Source: a virus (Duplodnaviria > Caudoviricetes). Taken from it: 64,000 bases of DNA. The notes beneath the pieces were generated by a model. It saw only the letters and a program-made list of their open reading frames with translations. It had not been told where the DNA came from and made no database searches. The stretch is taken from the IMG/VR virus record IMGVR_UViG_3300021400_001346, positions 1 to 64,000 of that record; one strand, given 5' to 3'. A program made the position numbers and the translations under genes. Below are positions 20,952-30,204 of this stretch, one piece after another; the first letter of the stretch is position 1, and each line of letters begins with the position of its first letter.

Positions 20952-21470
20952 TTATCTTACCTCAATATCACATTGATACATAATTTCAAGTGCTTGCTTA
21001 TGATGTTCTTCACTTGTACCAGCACATAAATCTGAAAGAACAGTAATTTTGGCTTCTGGGAAAATTGTTCTAAGAATAATTGCATTGGAAATAACACAGA
21101 TGTCAGTACAAACACCACAGATTTCAATCTCACTTGTTATCATATATGATATACTCTTCCATTCTAATGTTCCAAAATGATTTTTATTAATTATGTTATA
21201 TCTTTTTTCTCTTAATGCTTTTAAGATTCTATCATCAATACACCATCCGGCAGTATCTTGAATGCAATGTTCAATTGGTAAATTTTGACCTTCTAGCGTA
21301 TTAAGGTAATTCCAATCATGTGTATCTCTTGTGCAAATTATATTTTCATTACTATTAAAATTTGTAATATAATCACATAATGGTTCGACGATGTTTTGAG
21401 CTGCTTCGCTTCCTAGTCCACCTGTAATAAAATCATTTTGCATATCAATAATAATTAATGTTTTAGCCAT
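20952..21470 (-). CDS. Isochorismatase/nicotinamidase-family cysteine hydrolase
   Basis: IDMQNDF, DTH, HC, GVCTDICV. Confidence 0.9.
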   Translation of the reverse strand: MAKTLIIIDMQNDFITGGLGSEAAQNIVEPLCDYITNFNSNENIICTRDTHDWNYLNTLEGQNLPIEHCIQDTAGWCIDDRILKALREKRYNIINKNHFGTLEWKSISYMITSEIEICGVCTDICVISNAIILRTIFPEAKITVLSDLCAGTSEEHHKQALEIMYQCDIEVR

Positions 21471-21472
21471 AT

Positions 21473-21763
21473 TTAATTCTCCCATATCTTCCATTTAATC
21501 TCTGGTAATAATCTTGTTATTACTTTTAAATCTTCTTGCAATATATTAAATGCGTCTTGGATACTATCTATACATTGTTGAGCACTAATAGTATCATTAA
21601 CTTCAATATATGCGCTATCTATTTCATATATGTTTTCCGTTTCATTTAATGTACTGAAATCAATAACTTGAGAAATATAACCATTGTATCTTTTATAATA
21701 TTCCCACGGATTTAATCTAGATTGTTCATATCCTAATTTTTCCATTTTATCTTTAATTTCCAT
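21473..21763 (-). CDS. Hypothetical protein
   Basis: ORF in operon with RBS. Confidence 0.65.
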   Translation of the reverse strand: MEIKDKMEKLGYEQSRLNPWEYYKRYNGYISQVIDFSTLNETENIYEIDSAYIEVNDTISAQQCIDSIQDAFNILQEDLKVITRLLPEIKWKIWEN

Positions 21764-21772
21764 ATAATACCT

Positions 21773-22093
21773 CTATATGTCTTTCTGGTCTTTTAACCTT
21801 TTCATTAACTCTTTGCCATTTTTAATGCCGCTATTCGTAAGAATAATCAGCATTTCTCGCGCGGTGCTTTCGGCATAAGGAAATGTGCTAAACAATTTCC
21901 TATCATCAGCCCATTCTTGTAATGCTTGTCTAATCAATTCGATTTCTTCAACAACAGTATCGTCTTCTGGAAGTCGCTTATATTTACATACTGCGGTATG
22001 CAATACATCAAGGGCTGCTTTAACTTGTTCTTCGTATGATAAATCACGAAACGAAGTATCTATTTCAATAGGAGGTAATTTATGTTTAGCCAT
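21773..22093 (-). CDS. Hypothetical protein
   Basis: ORF with aagga RBS. Confidence 0.65.
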   Translation of the reverse strand: MAKHKLPPIEIDTSFRDLSYEEQVKAALDVLHTAVCKYKRLPEDDTVVEEIELIRQALQEWADDRKLFSTFPYAESTAREMLIILTNSGIKNGKELMKRLKDQKDI

Positions 22094-22116
22094 AGTTAAT
22101 TCCTTTCTTTACTAAT

Positions 22117-22192
22117 TGGAGCCCCATATAGGAGTTGCACCCATGACCTTCTCGTTCGTAGCGAGGCGCTCTGTCTACTGAGCTAATGAGGC
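22117..22192 (-). tRNA. tRNA-Arg(ACG)
   Basis: Cloverleaf, loop CTACGAA, CCA. Confidence 0.85.
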
Positions 22193-22194
22193 AG

Positions 22195-22270
22195 TGGTAC
22201 CCGGTAAAGGATTCGAACCTTTAAACTACTCGTTCTAAGCGAGCATTGTATACCATTCCAGCAACCGGGC
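22195..22270 (-). tRNA. tRNA-Leu(TAG), short variable arm
   Basis: Loop CTTAGAA, 76 nt, ACCA. Confidence 0.8.
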
Positions 22271-22273
22271 AGA

Positions 22274-22360
22274 TGGTGGTCAAAGAGGGACTCGAACCCT
22301 CACGTCCTTTCGGACATCAGATTTTAAGTCTGAATTGTCTACCCGTTCCAACATTTGACC
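22274..22360 (-). tRNA. tRNA-Leu(TAA)
   Basis: Loop CTTAAAA, long variable arm. Confidence 0.9.
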
Positions 22361-22361
22361 A

Positions 22362-22446
22362 TGGTGCCCAAAATCGGACTCGAACCGATACGCCTTGCGG
22401 CATTAGCTTCTTAGACTAACGTGGCTACCAATTACACCATTCGGGC
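22362..22446 (-). tRNA. tRNA-Leu(AAG)
   Basis: Loop CTAAGAA, long variable arm. Confidence 0.85.
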
Positions 22447-22516
22447 AGTAAAATCTTTTTCTTATCTTACTAATAATATTATAGCATAGATAGTGGACTA
22501 TGTCCATAAATATTTC

Positions 22517-22593
22517 TGGTATCCCCTAAGAGATTCGAACTCTTACTTTATAAGGTTTGAGCTTATTGCCTCTACCAGTTGGGCTAAGGAGAT
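22517..22593 (-). tRNA. tRNA-Leu(CAA), short variable arm
   Basis: Loop CTCAAAC, 77 nt. Confidence 0.8.
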
Positions 22594-22594
22594 A

Positions 22595-22668
22595 TGGTCC
22601 TCCCGCAGTGAATTGCACACTGATCTAACGCTTATAAGGCGTCCGCTCTACTATTGAGCTACAGGAGA
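22595..22668 (-). tRNA. tRNA-Ile(TAT)
   Basis: GACGC-CTTATAA-GCGTT. Confidence 0.8.
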
Positions 22669-22701
22669 AAATTAAAACAATTGTATTTTTTGAATAGAAG
22701 A

Positions 22702-22773
22702 TGGTCGCCGCACTTGGAGTCAAACCAAGTCAACGCGCTTATGAGACGCATTTGGCTATCGAACCATACGGCG
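22702..22773 (-). tRNA. tRNA-Met/Ile2(CAT), shortened D arm
   Basis: Loop CTCATAA, ACCA. Confidence 0.7.
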
Positions 22774-22774
22774 A

Positions 22775-22850
22775 TGGTGGCCACGCCCAGAGTTGAACTG
22801 GGGACACATGGATTTTCAGTCCATTGCTCTACCAACTGAGCTACAAGGCC
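22775..22850 (-). tRNA. tRNA-Phe(GAA)
   Basis: Canonical cloverleaf. Confidence 0.92.
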
Positions 22851-23073
22851 AGGTTGACAGGTCAGGTTTCCACTCCCTGTCTGTATAGGCTTTTCAGTAC
22901 CTATCCCACTTCCGTTATATCACCACTTGGGCGGCAAACTAAGCTGAGGTTCTCCCAATTCTCGTAGACTCCTGTTTCACCACCGCAGGGATTGTATCTA
23001 CTACACCGTTTGCTTTTCCTTAACACATCGCGAATGTGTTTGGTTTACAGTTTTCCTTCTGATTTAGACTGTT

Positions 23074-23148
23074 TGGTACCTCCACAAGGACTCGAACCTT
23101 GAATCCACTGATTAAGAGTCAGTTGCATTACCATTGTGCTATGAAGGT
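23074..23148 (-). tRNA. tRNA-Lys(CTT)
   Basis: Loop CTCTTAA. Confidence 0.9.
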
Positions 23149-23151
23149 AAA

Positions 23152-23227
23152 TGGTGCGCCCAGAGAGACTCGAACTCTCGACCCCTTGATTAAAAGTCAA
23201 ATGCTCTACCAACTGAGCTATGGGTGC
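23152..23227 (-). tRNA. tRNA-Lys(TTT)
   Basis: Loop CTTTTAA. Confidence 0.92.
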
Positions 23228-23234
23228 ATATGAT

Positions 23235-23312
23235 TGGCAGCCGTGGTAGGATTTGAACCTACGAATGCCAGAGTCAAAGTCTGGTGCCTTAAGCCAGCTT
23301 GGCGACACGGCT
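23235..23312 (-). tRNA. tRNA-Gln(TTG)
   Basis: Loop CTTTGAC. Confidence 0.9.
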
Positions 23313-23320
23313 ATATTAAT

Positions 23321-23397
23321 TGGCATCCGCAGAAGGATTCGAACCCTCAACCTAAAGATTAGAAATCTTTTGCTCTAGTCCGTTGAGCTATGCGGAT
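23321..23397 (-). tRNA. tRNA-Arg(TCT)
   Basis: Loop TTTCTAA. Confidence 0.9.
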
Positions 23398-23402
23398 AAA
23401 AA

Positions 23403-23479
23403 TGGAGATTGCGGTCAGATTCGAACTGACGAATAACGAGGTTGCAGCTCGTCCCCTTAGGCCGCTTGGGTACACAACC
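23403..23479 (-). tRNA. tRNA-Cys(GCA)
   Basis: Loop CTGCAAC, TCCA end. Confidence 0.9.
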
Positions 23480-23891
23480 AAAATAAAAACCTAGTAGGCG
23501 TATGCCACTAGGTTTCAGAAAGGAAGGAAGGAAAGATAATGTATTATGTTAGAATGAATTATCTTTGGGTTTAGTTTGGCATACGAAAATGACATGTGTT
23601 GACACAAAATCTTTGTTTAAGTTGTAATTTTGATATCATGTTTGTCATCTGCGTACTCCTTTAGAATTGATTTAGTTAAGTGCATGGCACTCTTCGTCTT
23701 TCTCGCCGCGTAGAGGCATCAATTATGAGAAAGAGACAATAGGAGGATATTATGTTTCCTATTGCCAAAGTTTATAAGGAAAGAAGGGGTTTGTTAAAAA
23801 TGATTTCTCATCTTTAACTATAAATAGTATATACTTAATCTTGCACTTTGTCAAGAAAAAGTTGTTTCACTAGTTCTTTGATAAATTTTAT

Positions 23892-24436
23892 TTTAGCCGG
23901 CCTTCGCCATACACAACTTATTAGCATACATTCTTCACACACGTTCACTAGAGTCTGAGGGCAAGATAGCGACTCTTGCACTTCTCTAATGGCATTAGCG
24001 TAACAACGGAAGGAATCGGTCTCCTTCAACTTTCACCGAGCTTCAGAATTGAATTTGTTCTTCTAAAACCAAGGGCCGGTTTCAAGACGGCCAACAATTT
24101 TACATCATTGTATCTTGTCTTTCAGCTACTCATACTCTCTTCCTCAGTTATAGTCTATTACTAGACTTCAAGACACCGGCTTCCTTTGAGAACCGAAATA
24201 ACTGTTTCTCACGCAATTATCTCTTGGTGGGGCGTATTTCTACGTTGCCTCTTGTCACCGCTGAGTTTCGAGATTGCTTATATACTCACTAACGTTATGC
24301 TCATTCAACTCAATCCTTTGAAAGGTTTACCAATAAGTTTCCCGATTGGTTTCTTACTTACAATACAGTATCCCATATTGCTTTCATTCCTGAGTTGACA
24401 CGTGGCGGTCCGCAAGACCATCTTCACCACGCTGCA
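23892..24436 (-). ncRNA. Large ornate ncRNA, ROOL/GOLLD-like (about 550 nt)
   Basis: Non-coding, many hairpins, within a phage tRNA cluster; GAGTATGAGTAGC, GGTGAAAGTTGAAGG, AAGTGCAAGAGTC segments recall these families (from memory, not searched). Confidence 0.55.
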
Positions 24437-24619
24437 AAATAAAATTTGTCAAAGAACTAGTCTAATAGTTTGGTTTTCGGAAGTATCCTACTAAGCCTCA
24501 ACGCCACGACAAGGCACTATTAATGTTGAGGAAGGAAAGGAGTTAAAACGAGTTATTCATTTTAACTATATATATTATAGAATATTCTGTCAACTTTGTC
24601 CAGAATATTTTTCACTAAA

Positions 24620-24695
24620 TGGTGGAAGTAAAGGGGATCGAACCCTTGGCCTCCTGCTTGCAGGGCAGGCGCTCTCCCAGCTGAGCTATACCCCC
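24620..24695 (-). tRNA. tRNA-Ala(TGC)
   Basis: Canonical, G3.U70. Confidence 0.92.
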
Positions 24696-24736
24696 ATAAT
24701 GAAGCCCCACGTTATCGTGAGGCTATTAAGGTTTAA

Positions 24737-25087
24737 CTATTCGTCTTCTTCGTCAGATGCGATGCTGTCATGATCTGCGGCTTCGTCGTAATCGTCGCCT
24801 TCATCATTGTCTTCTTCATCGTCATCTGGTTCAATGCCGTCATAACCATCGACATTGTCAACTTGGAATTCGTTATCTTCTGTTAAACTAATTTCAGCAA
24901 CAGCACCAACACCATCAACGACATCATAGACGTTGAGGTCGCCGCTACTTAAATCATCAATAACCATATCATCGAGTTCGTCAGTATTGGTGACTGCTAA
25001 GCCATCATAACCAATTTCAATACCATCGACTCTGTTAACGTGAATTTCTTTAATACCGATAAGAGTATAAATCTTGCCTAATTTCAT
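24737..25087 (-). CDS. Very acidic hypothetical protein
   Basis: D/E-rich, own promoter and RBS. Confidence 0.7.
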   Translation of the reverse strand: MKLGKIYTLIGIKEIHVNRVDGIEIGYDGLAVTNTDELDDMVIDDLSSGDLNVYDVVDGVGAVAEISLTEDNEFQVDNVDGYDGIEPDDDEEDNDEGDDYDEAADHDSIASDEEDE

Positions 25088-25148
25088 ATTTTCTTCTTTC
25101 TCCTTTATATAAATATTATATTAAGTTTGTGGGGTTATGTCAACAAAA

Positions 25149-25598
25149 TTACCACCAAGAATAGTAATATATTTTGTCTCCATTTTTAGACATATCTAAT
25201 GCTGTACGAATAACTGGAATGGCGTCATTAACATCATCTCTAAACCAATCGTCAATTTCAGTGCTACCGAAGAAAAATCCAGATGTTGGTGGGAAAAATT
25301 CTTTAATTTGTTCGCAAGTATCTTCATCGTAAGAATTTGCTTCAGCGTCGTATACACCTTTTTCTAAGATGGCGGCCGCCTTTTCTAGTGTTTCTAAAAT
25401 GTCAACTAATTGTTCAGTGCTTAAATTAATTTCTTCGCAATTAGTACCTGCGTGGTCAGTTAAAACAGTAGTGATGTAATTATGAAGTGCGTTAAACTTT
25501 TGAAAATAACCTACTTCTATGTCATCTGGTTTTATATACTCACCATTTTCATCTCGAATTAATTCACTTCTTTTCATTAAATACATATCTAAACCCAT
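25149..25598 (-). CDS. Conserved phage protein (MGLDMYL...GFFFG...YYSWW)
   Basis: Recognisable motif pattern, own promoter and RBS. Confidence 0.75.
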   Translation of the reverse strand: MGLDMYLMKRSELIRDENGEYIKPDDIEVGYFQKFNALHNYITTVLTDHAGTNCEEINLSTEQLVDILETLEKAAAILEKGVYDAEANSYDEDTCEQIKEFFPPTSGFFFGSTEIDDWFRDDVNDAIPVIRTALDMSKNGDKIYYYSWW

Positions 25599-25878
25599 AG
25601 TCAATTTCTCCTTTTCTTATTATATAATTATTATATAAGGTTGTTTTGGCTTTGGCAAGAAGTTTTTGAATAATGATGGGGTGCAGTTGCAACTACACCC
25701 CTACAAATGTACTAGGCCCACTTGCATGGCTTGCAATCTTTTATGGTGGATTACATACACCAGAGAGTTTTAACGTGTACTGCACGGATGGCTGATTACG
25801 CCATCTCACTCACAAACGGCTGCTTAACGGAGGACTACAGCTTGCAGGAATCACCTCGGCCTCCAATTCAATATTGTG

Positions 25879-25952
25879 TGGTACTCTCTAGAGGAGTCGC
25901 GCCCCTGTCTTCTGCGTGTAAAACAGACATTCTCCTGTTGAACTAAGAGAGT
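25879..25952 (-). tRNA. tRNA-Val(TAC)
   Basis: Loop TTTACAC. Confidence 0.8.
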
Positions 25953-25956
25953 AGTA

Positions 25957-26031
25957 TGGCGCCCCGGAAGAATTTCGAAATCTTGACCTAACGGTTAACA
26001 GCCGTTTGCTCTGCCTCTGAGCTACCAAGGC
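25957..26031 (-). tRNA. tRNA-Asn(GTT)
   Basis: Loop CTGTTAA. Confidence 0.88.
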
Positions 26032-26032
26032 A

Positions 26033-26111
26033 TGGTCGGGAATATTGGATTCGAACCAATGCTCTTCTGTTCCCTAAACAGACGCGGTAGACCAAACTGC
26101 GCTAATTCCCG
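26033..26111 (-). tRNA. tRNA-Pro(AGG)
   Basis: TCTGT-TTAGGGA-ACAGA; CGG acceptor start typical of Pro. Confidence 0.85.
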
Positions 26112-26754
26112 GAAAGGGTTTGCACCCTACATGGTACGCATATGGCATAGACTTATATACCATACTCTTAAGAACCATATTGTAAAAGTAATCATATCTT
26201 TTCCTCCACTAGTTTTATGTCGTTGCGGACAGGAGGAAGATACAAATTAAAAACTAGTTAAAGGGCGCAACTATTACACAGAGTTAAACACCTAGTTCAG
26301 TTGAACCCATAAGCTAAGTCCTATATTATCTTAGTTTTTAACCTACTCAATCTGAAGAGCCTCCCCATTCTGTGCGTATAATATATACCACTCGGGTAGA
26401 AGATGTAAAACTATTTAGTTCGCAAGTGTTAATTCACTTCCAGTAGGTATAGTAGATGAGGTATCCAAGATTTGTTCGTAGCCTATTCTACTTTCTCCAC
26501 TTGGCTGGAGTTTGGGACGGCAACCGACGCACGCCCCATTTCGTTTAGTGATTTTCAGCCCATGACCTTATGTATGGTCGGTAATTTCTCATGGGTATCT
26601 TCCCCTAAACTTTTTGTATTTATCGTGCATGTCTTCTCAATTAAGTTAGGTCTTCATGCTCGTCTAACAGCAGTTTAATGACTTGTCGGTCAGTTCCCTT
26701 TTCAGGTTAATATATTATAAGACAATCAATACGATTAGTCAAATAATTTTGACA

Positions 26755-26843
26755 TGGCGGAAGCAGAAGGATTCGAACCTTCGCTGCCTTTCAGCACTAA
26801 CGGTTTAGCAAACCGTCCCCTTCAGCCGCTTGGGTATACTTCC
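26755..26843 (-). tRNA. tRNA-Ser(GCT)
   Basis: Loop TTGCTAA, long variable arm. Confidence 0.9.
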
Positions 26844-26848
26844 ATGAA

Positions 26849-26925
26849 TGGTAGGCAAGGACAGGATCGGACTGTCGACCTCAGCGTTATCAGCACTGCG
26901 CTCTAGCCAACTGAGCTACTTGCCT
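26849..26925 (-). tRNA. tRNA-Ile(GAT)
   Basis: Loop CTGATAA. Confidence 0.88.
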
Positions 26926-26928
26926 AAA

Positions 26929-27005
26929 TGGTCCGAACAGCAGGATTTGAACCTGCGACCTTCTGCTCCCAAAGCAGACGCGATACCAAGCTACGCTATG
27001 TCCGG
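26929..27005 (-). tRNA. tRNA-Pro(TGG)
   Basis: Loop TTTGGGA. Confidence 0.9.
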
Positions 27006-27011
27006 ATTAAT

Positions 27012-27090
27012 TGGTGGCGGAGCCTAGGAGTCGAACCTAGTATCTTCAGATTATGAGCCTGAAATGGTATATCCGTTCCACTCGCCCGCT
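27012..27090 (-). tRNA. tRNA-Met(CAT), possibly initiator-like
   Basis: Loop CTCATAA; 1-72 mismatch. Confidence 0.75.
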
Positions 27091-27228
27091 ATATAGAACT
27101 CATGTAAAGGTTTAACGGCCGGTCTTACCTTTCTCCGATAGAAAATTCTATCGCGTCCAACACTTATTCAACAGACCGTATTGTATAGGTCTTATTCGTT
27201 GTTGGCTAACCATGAGTTATAAATGAAT

Positions 27229-27303
27229 TGGAGCCGCAAGAGGGAATCGAACCCTCATTTTCTGCTTGGAAGGCAGAAGTATTAGCCGTTATACGATTGC
27301 GAC
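27229..27303 (-). tRNA. tRNA-Gly(TCC)
   Basis: Loop CTTCCAA. Confidence 0.9.
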
Positions 27304-27308
27304 ATTAC

Positions 27309-27383
27309 TGGCACCGGCTTAAGGACTCGAACCCTAATGAGCTGATTTGGAGTCAGCCATCCTGCCAATTGAATGAAGCCGAT
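27309..27383 (-). tRNA. tRNA-Trp(CCA), intron-less
   Basis: GCTGA-CTCCAAA-TCAGC, GCCA. Confidence 0.88.
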
Positions 27384-27386
27384 GTA

Positions 27387-27462
27387 TGGTGCCTTAAAAC
27401 GGACTTGAACCGCTAACCTGATGCTTACAAGGCAACTGCACTACCATTTGTGCTATTAAGGC
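27387..27462 (-). tRNA. tRNA-Thr(TGT)
   Basis: Loop CTTGTAA. Confidence 0.88.
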
Positions 27463-27463
27463 A

Positions 27464-27539
27464 TGGTGCTGATTATAGGACTTGAACCCATCACCTATTC
27501 ATTACTAGTGAATTGCTCTACCAGATGAGCTAAATCAGC
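27464..27539 (-). tRNA. tRNA-Thr(AGT)
   Basis: ATTCA-CTAGTAA-TGAAT. Confidence 0.88.
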
Positions 27540-27540
27540 A

Positions 27541-27617
27541 TGGCGATCCTGGTGGGGCTCGAACCCACAAATTCAACCTTGAAAGGGTTGTGACTATACC
27601 AATTTGTCTACAGGACC
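27541..27617 (-). tRNA. tRNA-Glu(TTC)
   Basis: Loop CTTTCAA. Confidence 0.9.
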
Positions 27618-27621
27618 AGAA

Positions 27622-27699
27622 TGGTGGGACAGATGGGACTTGCACCCACATTAACTTGTTTCACAGACAAGTGCGTTAACTATTTTCGCCACCGTCCCC
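27622..27699 (-). tRNA. tRNA-His(GTG)
   Basis: Loop CTGTGAA. Confidence 0.8.
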
Positions 27700-27704
27700 A
27701 TAAA

Positions 27705-27778
27705 TGGCGGAGAAGGTCGGTTATGCTCCGGCGACGCCTCAGTGACAGTGAGGCAGTTTACTATTAGCCTACATCTCC
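27705..27778 (-). tRNA. tRNA-Asp(GTC), divergent T loop
   Basis: Loop CTGTCAC; T loop AGCATAA. Confidence 0.75.
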
Positions 27779-27783
27779 ATGTT

Positions 27784-27869
27784 TGGTGGGAGTTGATGGA
27801 TTCAAACCACCGTAGCCGCTAGGCGACTGATTTACAGTCAGTTGCAATTGTTCACTCTGCCAAACTCCC
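27784..27869 (-). tRNA. tRNA-Tyr(GTA)
   Basis: Loop CTGTAAA, long variable arm. Confidence 0.88.
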
Positions 27870-28225
27870 AAATGTAATAAGGTAATATGATTAATTATCT
27901 TATAATATAATTATATACCTTGCTTATGACCTTGTCCATACTTTTTTCAAATAAAAAGACTAGGTCTTTTGCCCTAGTCTGATTAAGATGGTTGAATAAA
28001 GTCGCGTCTTTACTCTGTTTTCACTCCTAATCCCGCTTGGGCATAGATAAAAGGTCTATCGTCTTCGATAGCATAGTCATTAATGGCTGGTGTATGGGCA
28101 ACATAAAAACCTTCGGACCAATTGCATGGTTCGTACCAACTATTGAAATTGCTTTCGCTACTTGTGAAGGTGTTGTTGTTCTCCATAGTCTTCTCCTTTT
28201 ATCTATAAATAGTATAAGATATTAA

Positions 28226-28954
28226 TTAGTCGTTGTCAAGATTTTCTTCATCGTTATCAATGAAAAGTTCTCCGGCATCGGTTTTATAACATTCGTAAAC
28301 ATCATTTTCAATTTTAAGTAAAGCATTTTCGTCTAATGAAATGCTACTGTAATTAATAATTAATGTTTCTAAATAACTGTGAACATCACCATAACTGTAA
28401 GTGAGTTCAGTAGTTTGAGGATAGTTTGAATCGGCGTAGAAGCCATAATCATATACAACTACTCGGCCACTACTGTTTAAACCTAATTGGTCATTGTCAG
28501 GAGTTTGGCCAAAGACTTCGTCCAATGCACAAGCCGCGTACCACATTTCAGAAAGTAAAGACTCGCGGCGACTATCGCTGTAATCGCTGTAATATTCACA
28601 GATGTCGTCAAAGTTTTCTTCTATAAAACTCTCTGTGTCCCATGACTCAAGATGTTCATATCTAGGCAAAAGTGAAATTCTTTCCATAACGATAACAAAC
28701 TTGCCATAAGCAACAATGCGAGCTAATGGTAATTCATCACCGTATTCGAGCCAAGTTTTTATCTCGGCTTGGTTTTGATTGTAGCCGCCAACGCCACATC
28801 CTAACTTAACAACACATTCTACATCTGTTGCAAATGGTAAGTCAACATCAAAATAAACAGCACGAGCGGCGCCATTGTCATCGTGGTCAAGTTCTTTTAA
28901 TTGGCAAAGAATATAAAGTTCTTGTTGTTCAGTTAAGACAATTGCGTCTGCCAT
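28226..28954 (-). CDS. Protein-kinase-like fold protein
   Basis: GAARAVY, VVKL, NQAE, IVMERI, DNDQLG, VYDYG in kinase order. Confidence 0.6.
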   Translation of the reverse strand: MADAIVLTEQQELYILCQLKELDHDDNGAARAVYFDVDLPFATDVECVVKLGCGVGGYNQNQAEIKTWLEYGDELPLARIVAYGKFVIVMERISLLPRYEHLESWDTESFIEENFDDICEYYSDYSDSRRESLLSEMWYAACALDEVFGQTPDNDQLGLNSSGRVVVYDYGFYADSNYPQTTELTYSYGDVHSYLETLIINYSSISLDENALLKIENDVYECYKTDAGELFIDNDEENLDND

Positions 28955-28955
28955 A

Positions 28956-29321
28956 TTATTCGTCTCCTTCGTCCCATGTTTCTTCATAATCGTCAGCGTA
29001 ATCTTCGCATTCGACTTCGGTTTCATAGTTTCTTTCTCTAACTTCTTCGGCAATGAAATCGCCTAAAGTAGCTTGACCATACCATCTTTTTCCCATTTTA
29101 ATTTCATGGTCAGTTTCTTCACCTCTATCATAACGAACCCAAGCACCAAAAGCTTCGTCCCAAGATACATCTTTAATTTTATTATATACTTCGGCACAGT
29201 AATCGCGATCCGTATGATTTTGGTAATATTTTTTTAATTCATTCCATTCTTTTTCGCCGAATGTATTACTTCTCCATTGCCAGACTAATTCTCTTCTTTC
29301 TAATTTAATAATTTTACTCAT
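28956..29321 (-). CDS. Hypothetical protein
   Basis: Own promoter and aggag RBS. Confidence 0.7.
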   Translation of the reverse strand: MSKIIKLERRELVWQWRSNTFGEKEWNELKKYYQNHTDRDYCAEVYNKIKDVSWDEAFGAWVRYDRGEETDHEIKMGKRWYGQATLGDFIAEEVRERNYETEVECEDYADDYEETWDEGDE

Positions 29322-29397
29322 ATACTATTTCTCCTTTTTCCTTTTATCTTATATAATAATTATATATTAAAAGTCTGGCTTAAGCCAGACCTTTTTA

Positions 29398-30204
29398 CTA
29401 GTAAGTGTAATTATATAGTATAGGCGCCTCATCGTACTCACGCACGACAACATTTACGCTAGCCCCGTAAGGTGCGCCATTGGACATTCCGTCGATGAAG
29501 GTCACTGTGGTGCCGCGAGGAGAATGACAGGCATAAGCAGATGTATCAACGTGTTTAATATAACCATCGCGTCCTAATGTAAAACGGATAGTTCCACAAA
29601 GTTTAGCAATACGCCATGCATGCCAATGTCCAACAATCATATCTTTATCTGGGAAGACGTTTGCATCTCTCCACTTTAAAATACGTTCAGTGTTAGACCA
29701 AATTGCCTCTGACCAATCAAATTTATTCGCGATGCAAGTGACACCTCTTCTTGTCCCGTCATTTGTTAATGGCAACCAAGCGTGTGTGGCAATAAGGTCT
29801 TTCCATTCAGCCGCATAAACAAGTTCAGTAAAGTATTGTGCTAACAATTTGGCGGTTGCTGGTTGATACTCCTCTAGTTGACGTAAAAAGAGGAAAGGCG
29901 TATATTTTTTACTACCCATAAAAGAGGTCAAAGTCTCAAACATTCCATTACTTTTGTCGTAAGTGTCGAAAGAATCGATTTGATAAACAATCTCATAAAG
30001 ACGAAGGTCATGATTACCCCATAACAAAATACGGTTTGGGCAACTCATAAGGAACTCTAATACCTTGCGGCTATCAGGTCCGCGGTCAAAGGAGTCACCT
30101 AGGTTAACAAGGGTATCTTTTTCTTTGTCAAAGCCCGCGGCGCGCAATGCGTCAATCATCATATCGTATTGTCCGTGAACATCACTAATAAAAAAGTATT
30201 TCAT
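29398..30204 (-). CDS. Ser/Thr protein phosphatase-like metallophosphoesterase (NinI/PrpA-like)
   Basis: SDVHG, LGDSFDRGPDS, GNHD, HA, GHW. Confidence 0.9.
   Translation of the reverse strand: MKYFFISDVHGQYDMMIDALRAAGFDKEKDTLVNLGDSFDRGPDSRKVLEFLMSCPNRILLWGNHDLRLYEIVYQIDSFDTYDKSNGMFETLTSFMGSKKYTPFLFLRQLEEYQPATAKLLAQYFTELVYAAEWKDLIATHAWLPLTNDGTRRGVTCIANKFDWSEAIWSNTERILKWRDANVFPDKDMIVGHWHAWRIAKLCGTIRFTLGRDGYIKHVDTSAYACHSPRGTTVTFIDGMSNGAPYGASVNVVVREYDEAPILYNYTY

Noticed and set aside
24465-24530. HDV-like (theta) ribozyme
   Set aside because: P1/P2/P3-like pairings can be drawn, but the first nucleotide is not G, the L3/P1.1 consensus is off and it is not at a tRNA 3' end; kept only as a shared tail motif.
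22654-27416. Short ORFs over the tRNA cluster (22654, 23045, 26032, 27228 and others)
   Set aside because: They overlap clear tRNA or ncRNA genes and lack RBSs.
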